IMG/VR virus record: IMGVR_UViG_3300012983_000044
Coordinates: 1-64,000 of that record
Reading direction: 5' to 3' (one strand)
Source: a virus
Taxonomy: Duplodnaviria; Caudoviricetes
Length of the DNA: 64,000 bases
This document shows positions 9,008 to 20,500 of this stretch, one piece after another. Every line of letters begins with the position of its first letter. Within the stretch, counting starts at the first letter, position 1. The position numbers and the translations under genes are program-made. The notes beneath the pieces were generated by a model. That model ran no database searches. It was not told the DNA's origin and saw nothing but the letters and a program-made list of their open reading frames with translations.

Positions 9008-9414
9008 GGACAGCGAACCGTAACAAGCAGCCTTTCTGGTATGCGCTGTATGATGAAACGGCTGAGGGTTATGACGAATATGGCAATCAGAACAGCACTC
9101 ATCCGACATATGGCAACCCCATAAAGGCTTATGCCAATATATCGCCTGCCCGTGGTGACGTTGCTGCCCGCCAGTTTGGTGACGACGATCAGTATGATAA
9201 GGAAGTGCTTCTTGAGAACAGAGACACACCTATCAACGAGTATGCGGTGCTGTGGATTGATACAGTGCCGCAGCTTGATGAGAACGGCGCGTTAGTCAGG
9301 AATGATAACGGCCAGATCGTTACACCGTGGGACTACATCGTCAAAAAGGTTGGGCGCGGCCTTCCAATCTTTGGCAGTACTATTCTTGCAGTAAGCAAGG
9401 TGAGCGTCTCATGA
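9004..9414 (+). CDS. Head closure (stopper) protein
   Basis: Synteny in connector module; ANISPARG...FG pattern. Confidence 0.65.
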   Translation: MRTANRNKQPFWYALYDETAEGYDEYGNQNSTHPTYGNPIKAYANISPARGDVAARQFGDDDQYDKEVLLENRDTPINEYAVLWIDTVPQLDENGALVRNDNGQIVTPWDYIVKKVGRGLPIFGSTILAVSKVSVS

Positions 9415-9908
9415 GCAGGACAATCAAACTCGGCTTTGACAGCGCCAGCATAACGAGAGCATTGCAAGAACTGCAAGGGTATCAGCTTTGGCTTCGTGAG
9501 AAGGCAGATAAACTGGCAATCGAATTGACGCTCAGAGGGCTTGATTATGTGGCAATGCACTTCGAAAGTGCGTACTACAAAGGCCCACGCGATGACATCA
9601 GCTATGATGTTGAGGACAGGGGCGATGGCGTCTATGCGATTGTTGTAAACGGAGAGACTGCCGTCATAATTGAATTTGGCGCGGGTGTTACACGCGGTTA
9701 CGGCCATCCGCAGGCAGAGGAGTTTGGGTTCGGACCTGGCACATATCCAGGCCAAACTCATGCCATGGATCCCAATGGCTGGTATCTCCCAAGGTCTGCT
9801 GGCGGCGGACATACGGATGGCAACCCTCCAAGTATGTCTATGTACAATACCGCAAAAACGCTGCGTGAAGAACTTGCGAACGTTGCGAGGGAGGTGTTCG
9901 GCAAGTGA
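9411..9908 (+). CDS. HK97 gp10-like tail completion protein
   Basis: ATG 9411 overlaps previous stop; AVIIEFGAG and terminal basic/helical motif. Confidence 0.7.
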   Translation: MSRTIKLGFDSASITRALQELQGYQLWLREKADKLAIELTLRGLDYVAMHFESAYYKGPRDDISYDVEDRGDGVYAIVVNGETAVIIEFGAGVTRGYGHPQAEEFGFGPGTYPGQTHAMDPNGWYLPRSAGGGHTDGNPPSMSMYNTAKTLREELANVAREVFGK

Positions 9909-10321
9909 TTTCGCCGGAGAATCCTTTATTTACTATGGTCGCAAAAGCAACACGCGATGCTTTCCCGGGCGTTTTTGTAACAGGAGAATATGTCAGTCAA
10001 CCACCTGCCTTTCCTGCTGTACATATTGAGGAATTTGACAACTTCCCCGTTCGCTCCACACAAACCAATGTCAGTCTTGAAAACACTGTACAGGTTGTGT
10101 ATGAGGTCAATGTGTACAGCAATTTAACTGGCAGAAAGAAGGCTCAGTGCAAAGCCATCGCTGCTTTTATTGACTCAAAGTTCATGGAGTTGGGGTTTAC
10201 GCGGATTCTGTTAAAACCTGTACAAAACATGAACGACGCAACAATCTACCGCATGTATGGGCGATACCGTGGTGAGGTCGCCAAGGATGCGGATGAGAAC
10301 TACCTTGTATACAGGAGGTAA
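9905..10321 (+). CDS. Tail terminator protein
   Basis: FPAVHIEE, YEVNVYSN, YRMYGRY motifs; precedes tail tube gene. Confidence 0.7.
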   Translation: MISPENPLFTMVAKATRDAFPGVFVTGEYVSQPPAFPAVHIEEFDNFPVRSTQTNVSLENTVQVVYEVNVYSNLTGRKKAQCKAIAAFIDSKFMELGFTRILLKPVQNMNDATIYRMYGRYRGEVAKDADENYLVYRR

Positions 10322-10327
10322 TGAGAC

Positions 10328-10768
10328 ATGTCCCAAGCAATCTCTACGTTCCAGGCCAATCTCATGCAGGGCACGGGTTCTGGCACTGTCAACTGGACGC
10401 AGCTCGTCGAGATCAAGGACTTTCCTGATCTTTGGGGTGCTCCCGAAGCTCTGGACAAGACCACGACATCTGATCCGATGTTCACCTACATCGAGGGTAT
10501 CAAGGCCAACGAGCAGAAGTCCTTCACCTGCAACTACAACGCTGCCGACTTTGCCAAGATCAAGGCGCTGGAGGGTCAGGAAACCCCCATTGCAATTTGG
10601 TTTGGCGCGTCCAAGAGCGGCACTTCCTATACCCCGGATGGCAGCCTGGGCAAGTTCCAGGGCAAGGCGTTCTTGAACGTCTTTGTCAACGGCGGTGCTG
10701 TCAACGAAGTGGTCAATATGACCGTAACTGCGACCATGACCGAAGGCTTTGAACCTGTCAGCGATTAA
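10328..10768 (+). CDS. Major tail (tube) protein
   Basis: Position before chaperones and tape measure; strongly biased codons; 146 aa. Confidence 0.85.
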   Translation: MSQAISTFQANLMQGTGSGTVNWTQLVEIKDFPDLWGAPEALDKTTTSDPMFTYIEGIKANEQKSFTCNYNAADFAKIKALEGQETPIAIWFGASKSGTSYTPDGSLGKFQGKAFLNVFVNGGAVNEVVNMTVTATMTEGFEPVSD

Positions 10769-10781
10769 TAACGCTGGAATT

Positions 10782-10821
10782 GTAGGCAGGAGGTTAATTT
10801 CCAGGTTAAACTCCTGCCTGC
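10782..10821 (+). terminator. Hairpin after tail tube gene (terminator or stabiliser)
   Basis: AGGCAGGAG / CTCCTGCCT inverted repeat; no clear U tract. Confidence 0.5.
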
Positions 10822-10858
10822 TCTCAAATGAGATGAAAAACGAAAGGAAATATCAAGT

Positions 10859-11212
10859 ATGAGCAAGCAGATTAGCTTTGAATACAAGGGCAAGCCGTAT
10901 TGCCTTGAATATACACGCGCTTCTGTCAAGTACATGGAGCAAAATATGGGGTTCAACCCCAATGACATTCAGGACAAGTTGATGACGCGCCTGCCGCAGA
11001 TGTTCCGTGGCGCTTTCATCGCCCATCATCCCGACATCAAGAACAAGGTCGTCGAGGCTATCTATGACACCATGGACGACAAGACCAGCCTGTTCAAGTG
11101 CCTGTTTGAGATGTACAACGATCCCTACAATGAGATGCTGGAGTCTCCCAAGGGTGACAAGGGAAACGTAGTGACATGGACGGCGAACTGGAATATGGAG
11201 GACGAGGATTAA
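10859..11212 (+). CDS. Tail assembly chaperone (lambda G-like)
   Basis: Between tube and tape measure genes; carries the slippery heptamer near its 3' end. Confidence 0.8.
   Translation: MSKQISFEYKGKPYCLEYTRASVKYMEQNMGFNPNDIQDKLMTRLPQMFRGAFIAHHPDIKNKVVEAIYDTMDDKTSLFKCLFEMYNDPYNEMLESPKGDKGNVVTWTANWNMEDED
11161..11167 (+). promoter_or_regulatory. Programmed -1 ribosomal frameshift site G-GGA-AAC
   Basis: Canonical X XXY YYZ heptamer in the correct phase (GGA codon at 11162); the -1 frame is open into ORF 11176-11667. Confidence 0.85.
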
Positions 11213-11667
11213 TCGAGGATCAGCCGTCCGAAACTGAACAATCAAAAACGTATAAGAGCTATTCGGAGGTCTTTGACGCCGCTTTCCCCGAGTATCTTGC
11301 GATGGGCATGACGTATGACCTTTACTGGCATGGAGATGCTTCGCTGGTCAAAGCCTTCCGTAAAGCGAAAAAAATCAGGCGAGAAGAAAAAAACTTTGAA
11401 CTATGGCTTCAAGGGAAATACATTTACGAAGCCATTGGAGCGCTTGCACCCATTCTGAGGACTTCTTTAAGCAAAACTCCGGCGAAGGCTGAAAAATACG
11501 TCAGTAAGCCATATCCGCTTGACGGGGATGCGGCGAAGAAGGCCATAGAGAACGCACAGAAAGCGCGTATGATGGGCGCTTTGGAGAGATTCAAACGCGA
11601 AGCCGAAACAAAGCGGCTTAAACGATTACAGCAGGAAAAGGAGGCGAGAGAAAAAAATGGCGAATGA
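11161..11667 (+). CDS. Tail assembly chaperone extension (lambda T-like; 269-aa GT fusion)
   Basis: Open -1 frame from the slippery site to TAA 11665-11667. Confidence 0.8.
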   Translation, partial: GKRSDMDGELEYGGRGLIEDQPSETEQSKTYKSYSEVFDAAFPEYLAMGMTYDLYWHGDASLVKAFRKAKKIRREEKNFELWLQGKYIYEAIGALAPILRTSLSKTPAKAEKYVSKPYPLDGDAAKKAIENAQKARMMGALERFKREAETKRLKRLQQEKEAREKNGE

Positions 11668-14600
11668 AGGCACGAATGAAGTCAATATTGATCGGCTGTC
11701 AATAGAAGTCAGTGCAAACGCTGAGCCCGCCGCAAAAAGTATCGGTGACCTCGCCTCCGCTGTAAGGAAATTCAATTCTGAAATTGCGAAAAGCAAGGGC
11801 TTTGGAGGACTTGTTACTCTTGCGAACGTCTCCAAGACTGCATCGGACAATATGCAGGACGCTCCGAACAGGCTGCGCGATCTTGCAAATGCTCTGATCC
11901 AGATTTCCAACAGCACTAAGGGACTGAAAATACCATCCGACCTGACTAAGGGCCTTTCTGAAATCGGGACTGCCGTAAAGTCTATCAGCGCAAATATCGG
12001 TCAGCGTATGCAGTCTCTTGCGTCTGGTCTGTCTGCGCTTCGGGACGCGGGGGAAGTGCGGATTTCCAATTCCATTGGAACTGGCATTAACGCCATCAAT
12101 GATGCGCTGGCGAAACTGAATGTCAATAATCTGTCACGCATTGACAGGTTTGTTGAGAGTGTTCGTCAACTGGAAGGCATCAACGGTCTTACTATATCCG
12201 CAAGTTTGGCTCGTGAGATCACGAACATTGCTGAGGCTGCGGAATTGATCAGCGATGTGGATTTCACTCCGCTTCGAGATATGGGCAATGCCGTTGCTCA
12301 TCTTGCGGTTGCGAACGATGTCCGCATCAGCAATCGTCTGGCCGAAAACATCGTCAACCTCAGCGTTGCCGCTCAGGAAGTTCAGGGAACGGATTGGACT
12401 GAGTTTGAACGTATGGCAGAGGGCCTGCGCCATCTTGAAGGGCTTGGGCAGATTCGCATACCGAAAATACGTCCCACACAGCAGCACGTCAAACAGCGCA
12501 AGGACAGCGCCCAAAAGGTGCGTGACGCCAGCGCTACGCAAAATGGTGGAGGGATTGCTAACGCCACTGATGCTGCTGAGCGGGCTGCTGTTAATGTCGA
12601 ACGTCTGCGTGGTACACTGAAAAACGCCAATGATGTGCGTGCGTTTGTGAACGCCAACAGAGATACTGACATTCTTGCTGTGAGGCTGGCTGCGGCGAGG
12701 GATCGCTTACAGGACCTCATTAATACAGGCGAAGGAGAACTAAATCTGAACGCCATTGCCAACGCAACTGAACAAGTAAAGAAGCTTGAACGGGAGCTTG
12801 AAAATGCCCGGCACAGCTCTGTGCGTTTTGCCGAACAATTTGGCGGTGGCTTTGCCAAGGGTGCTGGAATTAGGGGGCTGGTCAGCCAAATTCAGCAGGT
12901 ATTCTCATCTCCCGGCAATGCCATTGGGTTTGGCCTTGGCGTAGCTGTGAGGTTTACGGTGACACAAATAGGTCATCTCACCTCCGCGCTGAAAAATGTC
13001 GGTATCAAGGCATTTACAACAGGCGTGAACGCGCTAAAGACTGCCCTGAACGGCATAGGCTCTGCGGCCATGGCTGCTGGCAAGGGCCTGGTTTCGCTTG
13101 GCAAAATGGGAGCGAGTGGCCTTGCCAGCATTGCAAATATCGAGTTCAAGAGCATTATGTCATTGCCTTCGCTGTTTGCCAACAACCTGAAAGATAGGAT
13201 TGCCGGTGTTGCAAAAAGCATCAGCGGATTTGTACGTTCGCTGGGACGCATTGCTTTTTACAGGGCAATTCGTACTGCGATCAAGGAAGTTACCAAGGCG
13301 TTTACTGATGGTATTGGCAATCTGTATCAGTGGAGTTTGCTGGTAGATCACACCTTTGCAAAGAGCATGGACAAGATTGCAACCTACATGCAGTATCTCA
13401 AAAACAGCCTGGGTGCAATGGTGGCTCCCATCATCAACACGCTTGCGCCAGCCATTGATTTTGTGGTGGATAAGTTTGTTGACGGTATCAACCTTGTGAA
13501 CCAGTTCCTTGCGGCGATTACCGGCAGCGACACCTATACTGCCGCGAAAAAGGTTGCGACGGAATGGGCTGAGAATGAGACCGAGAAGGCCAACAAGAAT
13601 CTGAAAGAGCTGAAAAAGACCATCCTTGGCTTCGATGAGCTGAATATTCTTAACAGGGACACTCGCACGGACGAGCAGAAAAATGGCAAGGAGGTTCCTG
13701 ACTATCGTTCGATGTTTGAAACCCGGAAAGTCGAAAATGACATTTCCGATTTCGCCAGGAAGATTCGTGAAGCGTTTGAGAACGGCGAATGGGCCAGTCT
13801 CGGCGGGATGTTTGCCGACAAGTTTAATGCCTTGGTGGATGGTATTGACTGGCCGGGTCTTGGAAAAAAGCTCGGTGACGGCCTGAATGGTCTCGCTGGT
13901 ATTTACAACGGATTCATGGATGGAGTGGATTGGGTTGGCCTTGGCGATAGTTTTGCTGATGGTCTTAATAGTCTTATTGAGACTGTAAATTGGCGCGAGC
14001 TGGGACGTTCGCTCACACAGCACATTGATGCTCTGTTTGGCGTGATAGCCGGGTTTGTCGAGAAGTTTGACTGGGTAAAGGCAGGTAAAGCCCTTGCCGA
14101 TGCTGTCTATGGCATGTTTGACGGCATTGACTGGGATCAGGTCGGGACAGCGATAGGCAAAGCACTGACTGGCCTCGGAGGAGCGCTACTCAGTTTTGCG
14201 GTAAACTTTCCGTGGGTTGAGGTCGGAACCAGGCTTGGAAATGGAGCGAACAAACTGTTTGAAAATATCAACTGGGAGACTATTGCCAACGGTCTGCTTG
14301 GTGCTTTCAATGGTGCTTTGGATTCACTACTGACTTTCATAAGCACTTTTAAGTGGACAAAGCACGGACAAGAGTTTGCAAAAGGCATTTTAAGGATCGT
14401 TGAGTATTTCCCGACTGCAAAAATGGTTGAATCCATTACATCTGCGCTTACTGGTGTCATGGACTTTATCCTTCCTACAATTACGGACCCTGAGTTTTGG
14501 GATGGTATCGGTGCTCAGTTCAAATCCGCAGTAAGTAAACTGTTCTTGCAGAGCAATCAGTTCTGGAGCACTCTTGGCGATACCGTACTGTCGCTATTCA

Positions 14601-17095
14601 AGGGCGCTTTGCGGTCCATTACGAAGTTTGCCAGTGAATTTGAGTGGGGGGAAGCAGGAAAGAAATTTGGCAATGCCATCTTTAAGATCGTTGACAACTT
14701 CCCGCTTAATGAGCTGGGAACTGCCTTGGAAACGCTCATGGAAGGCGCGTTTGACTTTGTGAATAACATGCTTGGGGAAGAAAACTCACAGATGTTCACA
14801 AAGTTCGGGGATAGGCTTGCCACGTTCTTCAATAATGCCTTTAGCAATAAGACGCTTTTTACCAAGGCTGGCGAAGCAGCCAACAAACTACTGCTTGGCA
14901 TTTTGTCAATCGGAGATTCATTTGTCCGTGGTTTTAACGCCAAAGAGGCCGGTGACAGCATTGCGAGGGCATTGGACAAGATTAATTGGAATACGATTGC
15001 CAGCACTACGTGGGTGCTTATAAAAGAAGCATTTAAGAAAACCGGAGACTTTCTTGATGCGCTGTTTGGAGATGGAACCCGGGTAGAATATGATTCAATG
15101 CTGCGCATGAATCGTATTATCAAAGATGATCGCAGTCTTGGTACGAAGATTGGAGCAAGGATTTCTGCTGCTATTGGGAGTATTGACTGGAAACAGTTTG
15201 GCGCAGATATAGGTAAGGGCGCAAGGGCACTCTTTAGTGCAATAGCAGATTTCTTTAACAAGCTCAGGGACGAAGGCGAGGTCCGAACTGCGATTACGAA
15301 TTTCTTCGCAGGGCTAAAAGTTCGTGAAACGGTTGACGCTGCTATCAGTGCGCTCGGTTCATTCTTTTCGTTTTTTGCCGATGCCTTTAGAGATTCTTTA
15401 TTGGAAGCACTTATTAATGCGTTGAATGGTGTAATAGGCAAAGCGTTGATAGGCAAAGAGAACTACGACGCCCTCGTTTCGGGGAATGTGGATGAAGGCT
15501 TAACCGGAACTGTGTTAAGAGCTCTTATGGGACCTGTGTATGATATGATCGGCAACATCGGTAAAGCAGGCGGTGTATTATTCGGCGGCCTGTTTGGTGG
15601 AGGTTCGGCTCTTGCCGAAGGTGAAGGCCAGGGGTTTACATTTGACACAAACTCCATTACCAACATGTTCATTCAGCCTGGAGGTATTCATGATGCTTTT
15701 GAACAAGGCTGGTCGTCCATCAACGCAATGACAAAAACGTGGATGGAAACCATACAGGGTACGATCTCTCAATCCATTCAGGGAATGGTTACACTGGTTC
15801 TGCAACCCTTGAACAACCTGACTGAAATCGGCATTCCTGGGATTCTACTCAGAATCAACGCTACTGTCACGACGGGGCTTAATGCCATTCAGCAGGCAGT
15901 TTCAGGCGAAGGCGGTATGCAGGGGCTTGTCACGCTGGTGTTGCAGCCTTTGAACAACCTGGCTGACGTTGGTGTTCCCAATAAAATAAACAGCATTGTT
16001 GGTACATTTACAAGTGGCTGGGGAAACATCAACTCTGCGACTGCAACCGCTATGACGCTGCTGCAAACCACGATAATGACGGCCCTTAGCAATCTGTCGA
16101 ATGTTGGAATCCCGACGAAGATGTCCAGTTTTAGCACAACCATTACAAGTGGTTGGAATGCAATAAACTCTGCGACTGCAACCGCTATGACGCTGTTCCA
16201 GAGTACCATACTGACTGCGCTGACTAACCTCGCAAGTGTCGGTTTTCCCACGAAAATGTCCAGTTTCCTTACTACGGTCAGCACGGGGTGGACATCTATA
16301 AACTCCAACACCGCTACATCCATGACGCAGTTCCAGAGTGTTATCATGCAGGCGATGAACAACCTGAGCAATGTTGGGATTCCGAACACGATGCGATCAA
16401 TCTCATCGACGTTCTCAAATGGGTTTTACAGCATCAGCGCTGGTGTGGCTACAACCATGACACAAGTGCAAAGCAGCGTTTTGCAAGCGTTGACAAACAT
16501 TGAGAACGTGCTGCCCGGGCGATTCAGGAACATGGTCAACAGCATCATCAGCGTATCAAACGGCATGATTGGTGGCGTTGAAAGCGCAACAAACAGCGTT
16601 GTCAATGGACTGAATAATGCTCTCCAGGTCCACTTGCGGTTTGACAAACCGTCATGGGCTGGCGGCGGGACTTACACTTGGGACTTTTATCCGAATCTGC
16701 CTCATGTGAATTTCGGGAGGATCAACGCGCTTGCCGAAGGCGGCATATTGGACGGCCCTATAATGCTGACACCCGATGTGCTTGCTGGAGAAGCCGGACG
16801 TGAGGCTGTGCTGCCGCTTGAAAGCCATACCGAGTGGATGGATGAAGTGGCCGAAAGGGTGTTGGCACAATCCGCCGAAAATGGGATTTCGCTGGCAACG
16901 AGCTATGACATTGGCGACTACGAGTACGAGCAAAACAGCGAACAGGAGCTTGCACTTTTGCGTGAACAAAACCGTCTGCTGCAACAGTTGATCGACAAGG
17001 ATTACAACTTTGAGATCACTACAGGGCAGTACGAAAAGGCGCAGCGCCGCACAAACCGCAGGGCCGGGAAAATGATCATTGCTACCGGCACCTAA
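11657..17095 (+). CDS. Tape measure protein
   Basis: 1812 aa, Ala/Gly-rich, periodic Trp/Phe repeats (IDW..LG), LAEGG...GEAGREAVLPL C-terminal motif. Confidence 0.93.
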   Translation: MANEGTNEVNIDRLSIEVSANAEPAAKSIGDLASAVRKFNSEIAKSKGFGGLVTLANVSKTASDNMQDAPNRLRDLANALIQISNSTKGLKIPSDLTKGLSEIGTAVKSISANIGQRMQSLASGLSALRDAGEVRISNSIGTGINAINDALAKLNVNNLSRIDRFVESVRQLEGINGLTISASLAREITNIAEAAELISDVDFTPLRDMGNAVAHLAVANDVRISNRLAENIVNLSVAAQEVQGTDWTEFERMAEGLRHLEGLGQIRIPKIRPTQQHVKQRKDSAQKVRDASATQNGGGIANATDAAERAAVNVERLRGTLKNANDVRAFVNANRDTDILAVRLAAARDRLQDLINTGEGELNLNAIANATEQVKKLERELENARHSSVRFAEQFGGGFAKGAGIRGLVSQIQQVFSSPGNAIGFGLGVAVRFTVTQIGHLTSALKNVGIKAFTTGVNALKTALNGIGSAAMAAGKGLVSLGKMGASGLASIANIEFKSIMSLPSLFANNLKDRIAGVAKSISGFVRSLGRIAFYRAIRTAIKEVTKAFTDGIGNLYQWSLLVDHTFAKSMDKIATYMQYLKNSLGAMVAPIINTLAPAIDFVVDKFVDGINLVNQFLAAITGSDTYTAAKKVATEWAENETEKANKNLKELKKTILGFDELNILNRDTRTDEQKNGKEVPDYRSMFETRKVENDISDFARKIREAFENGEWASLGGMFADKFNALVDGIDWPGLGKKLGDGLNGLAGIYNGFMDGVDWVGLGDSFADGLNSLIETVNWRELGRSLTQHIDALFGVIAGFVEKFDWVKAGKALADAVYGMFDGIDWDQVGTAIGKALTGLGGALLSFAVNFPWVEVGTRLGNGANKLFENINWETIANGLLGAFNGALDSLLTFISTFKWTKHGQEFAKGILRIVEYFPTAKMVESITSALTGVMDFILPTITDPEFWDGIGAQFKSAVSKLFLQSNQFWSTLGDTVLSLFKGALRSITKFASEFEWGEAGKKFGNAIFKIVDNFPLNELGTALETLMEGAFDFVNNMLGEENSQMFTKFGDRLATFFNNAFSNKTLFTKAGEAANKLLLGILSIGDSFVRGFNAKEAGDSIARALDKINWNTIASTTWVLIKEAFKKTGDFLDALFGDGTRVEYDSMLRMNRIIKDDRSLGTKIGARISAAIGSIDWKQFGADIGKGARALFSAIADFFNKLRDEGEVRTAITNFFAGLKVRETVDAAISALGSFFSFFADAFRDSLLEALINALNGVIGKALIGKENYDALVSGNVDEGLTGTVLRALMGPVYDMIGNIGKAGGVLFGGLFGGGSALAEGEGQGFTFDTNSITNMFIQPGGIHDAFEQGWSSINAMTKTWMETIQGTISQSIQGMVTLVLQPLNNLTEIGIPGILLRINATVTTGLNAIQQAVSGEGGMQGLVTLVLQPLNNLADVGVPNKINSIVGTFTSGWGNINSATATAMTLLQTTIMTALSNLSNVGIPTKMSSFSTTITSGWNAINSATATAMTLFQSTILTALTNLASVGFPTKMSSFLTTVSTGWTSINSNTATSMTQFQSVIMQAMNNLSNVGIPNTMRSISSTFSNGFYSISAGVATTMTQVQSSVLQALTNIENVLPGRFRNMVNSIISVSNGMIGGVESATNSVVNGLNNALQVHLRFDKPSWAGGGTYTWDFYPNLPHVNFGRINALAEGGILDGPIMLTPDVLAGEAGREAVLPLESHTEWMDEVAERVLAQSAENGISLATSYDIGDYEYEQNSEQELALLREQNRLLQQLIDKDYNFEITTGQYEKAQRRTNRRAGKMIIATGT
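15780..16400 (+). repeat. Internal degenerate repeats in tape measure gene
   Basis: QG(M/L)VTLVLQPLNNL twice; (S/T)GW..INS.TAT.MT four times, with DNA-level similarity (AACTCTGCGACTGCAACCGCTATGACGCTG twice). Bounds approximate. Confidence 0.7.
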
Positions 17096-17120
17096 GATTT
17101 AACGAGGAGGGACAGGGCAA

Positions 17121-17486
17121 ATGCCAAACCAGGCCTACAATCCTATTCAGAGTGTGGACGGGGTGGCTGTGCCCTGTCCCTCCAAATATGACTGGAAACT
17201 GAGCGATGTTTCTGACGGCGATGCCGGGCGTACAGAGGACGCATTGATGCACAAGATGGAAGTCGCTCAAAAGGTACACATTGAACTGGAATGGAAGAAC
17301 ATACTGGATGGTCCTGCAAGCGCGATTCTCCGGGCATTTAACCCTGAATATATCATAGTCAACTACTACGACTATAAAGCAATGGGATTTCAGACAAAGA
17401 CCTTCTATGTGGGTGACAGACAGGTTACCACATACAGCCGATTGCTTGGAATATCCACGGTTTCATTCAACATTATTGAGCGATAA
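17121..17486 (+). CDS. Distal tail (Dit-like) protein
   Basis: Small ORF between TMP and tail tip; DAGRTED and FYVGDR motifs. Confidence 0.7.
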   Translation: MPNQAYNPIQSVDGVAVPCPSKYDWKLSDVSDGDAGRTEDALMHKMEVAQKVHIELEWKNILDGPASAILRAFNPEYIIVNYYDYKAMGFQTKTFYVGDRQVTTYSRLLGISTVSFNIIER

Positions 17487-17504
17487 AGGCGGCGAATCGC
17501 AGTC

Positions 17505-20500
17505 ATGTACCCGATCACAAATGCAGTAAAGGCGCTGTTTGACGCGGAGCAACGACAGGTGCTTCGCATTACCGGCGCGGACAGGAACGGCAACGCCATT
17601 TATCTTACCGAGGCGAACGTCATGGAGGGCGGCTTCAACATTGACCGCTACTCCTGCAATGGCTCCAAACTTGAAATCGGCACGGCGATTGCCGCCGAAA
17701 TGACCATCAAACTTGACAACCGCCAGGGCCAGTTTGACAACGTTACCTTTGAAGGTGCTGAGCTGTTTGTAGAGGTTGGTATTGCCGACTGGACGAAAGC
17801 GAACCCGGTTGTGAACTATATCCCCTGCGGATATTTTACGCCGGATGAACAGCCCAGGCGATTGAGCACCATATCGCTCAATGCGCTTGACCGTATGACG
17901 AGGTTTGACGATGTTCAGCCCTCCATGCTCCCCTGGACGGACAACCTTGGCAACAGGATCACCGATAACCGCAACAATGTCATCTATTTTGCCGCAGTGC
18001 TTGACTTCCCGGCTACGATAGAAAGCCTTGTGAAGCAGCTTTGCGACATTTGCGCTGTACCCCTTGCCACTGACCTGACATCCATGCCGAACTATGATTA
18101 TATCATTACCGGGCTGCCTGACGTTCAGGGCAATATTACGGCACGAAATATGATCCAGTGGTGTGCTGGTATTATGGCCTCCAATGCGTGGATCGACTGG
18201 GACGGCAAACTGCGTTTTTCCTGGTACGACAATGAGACGGGCTATACCTTAACGACTGCAAACCGTTATGACAGCGATCTATACGAGAATGACATCGTTG
18301 TTACGGGCGTGCAGTGGGTCGATACGAACGACAACAACACAGTTTACCTGTCTGGAACAGGCGAGTATGTGCTGGATATGTCAGACAATGCGCTGATTGA
18401 CAGCTCCATGGCTAATGATGTCCTGAACGATGTCTACAATGTCATACACAGCTTTGCCTATCGTCCGTTTAATGCGACGGTGGTTCCCGCGCCCTATCTG
18501 TGGCCGATGGACAGGATTACGTTTACGGACAAAAACGGCGGCGGGCATGTGAGCCTGTTGACGAATGTCAACTTTACCATCAATGGTACGACTGTCATCG
18601 CGGCCAACGGCGAGACGGCTCAGACGAGCGGCATGGCGATGCCCAGCGGCTTTACGTCAGAGCAACTGCAAATCCTGCGCAAAATCCGCCGCACGAATGC
18701 CGCCGATCTGAATACGGCCATCGACAATGCGACAAAGCTGATTACGGGTGCGGATGGCGGCTATGTCCGGTTCATCTATGATGAAAACGACATACTGACA
18801 GAGATCGTTATACTGGACACCAACGACCTTACAACCGCGACAAAGGTCTGGCGGTTTAACAGCGGTGGCCTTGGCTACAGCAGCAATGGCTATGCGGGTC
18901 CGTACAAGCTGGCTATGACGCAGGATGGGGCCATTGTTGCGGACTTTATCACGACGGGCATAATGAGTGCGAACGTGGTCCGCGCCGGACTGCTGACGGA
19001 TGCCACTGGCAAAAACCTATGGGACCTTGACCGGGGAATATTCAGGCTGGCCGGAAACTCAGAGTTGGACGGGCGTCCCCTTACCCAGCTTTTGAGTGAC
19101 ATTGACGCAACAATTACCAGTGTTGATGTCGAGTTTGCACAGAATCAGAGCCAAACGGTTGCGCCTACGGATGGATGGTCTACAGACGCCCCTTCCTGGG
19201 CGGCGAACTATTATATCTGGCAGAGAACCAAGACGGTCACGCCTTCTGGAGTAAACTACAGTGAACCCGTCTGCATCAGCGGCAGGGACGGCAGCGAGAG
19301 CACGCCTGGTTTGAATCAGGCTACGATCTATCTCTACCAGAGATCAGACGTTCCCCCCGCAAAGCCAACTGTCAGGGCGCTCTACACCTTTGTCAACGGC
19401 ACGTTGTCGCCTATACCGTCTGGATGGTCTCGCAGTATACAGACCGGTTCCGCTCCGTGCTGGGTGACAACTGCAATGGCGATCTCTACCGATACTGAGG
19501 ATTATATCGAGCCGGGAGATTGGGCAGAGCCTGCCATTTTTGCCGAGAATGGCGGTGACGGCAGCAGCATTGACAATATCGTGAACTACTATGCTGTCAG
19601 CGATACCACAAACCCGCCCGCTGATTCTGAGTTCTGGACGCCCGGTGTTCCCGCGCTTTGGACGGATAACTATGGCAATGTCATTACGGCTGGCGCAAGC
19701 GGCAACATCGAGTTCATGCCGCCTGCCGTGCCCCTACCTACTCAGACAGACAGGTATGTTTGGCAATATCAGTTGACGACCTACACGGACGGCACAAGCA
19801 CGAAGTCCAACAAGTATATCAGCTCCATCCTTGGCGATGCCGGTGTCGGTATCAGTCAGATCGTAGAGGAATACTATCTTTCCGCAAGCAACACGGAACA
19901 GGTCTTTGGTGAGTGGTCCACGGAACAGCCTGAATGGGTGAGCGGATATTACATCTGGACGCGGACGGTCATAACGTGGACGGATAACAAGGTCACTACC
20001 ACTGATCCCGTGCTGGCCCAGGCCATCAACCTCGCCAACGAGAATGCTGACGGTGCTGTCAACCTTGCCAACAAGGCCATAGACAACACCAACAATCTTG
20101 ACGCGAGTCTGAATCAGGCGGGCGTGTTTAACCGGCTGACCAACAACGGCGCTGTTCGCGGTATTTTCCTTGAAAATAATCAGATGTACGTCAACGCTGA
20201 TTACATCAAGGGCGGCACGATTGACGCGGCGCTGATCGCGGCTGGCAGTATTATCATCAGTCAGTTAAGTGATAGCGCACAAAGCGCCCTTCTGATCGGC
20301 GCTACGGTCAAGATGCAGTATTACCTCAGCACAAGCCCCACAAAGGCTGAGGGAGGCAGTTGGTCAGATTCGGTTCCTGCATGGAGCACGAACAAGTATG
20401 TCTGGACAAAGACCGTAACGACCAAGAAGTATGCGGATAATACTGAAATATCGACTGATTCCAGTGCGGTTTATGACCGGAACCTGACCGCTGCCCTGAG

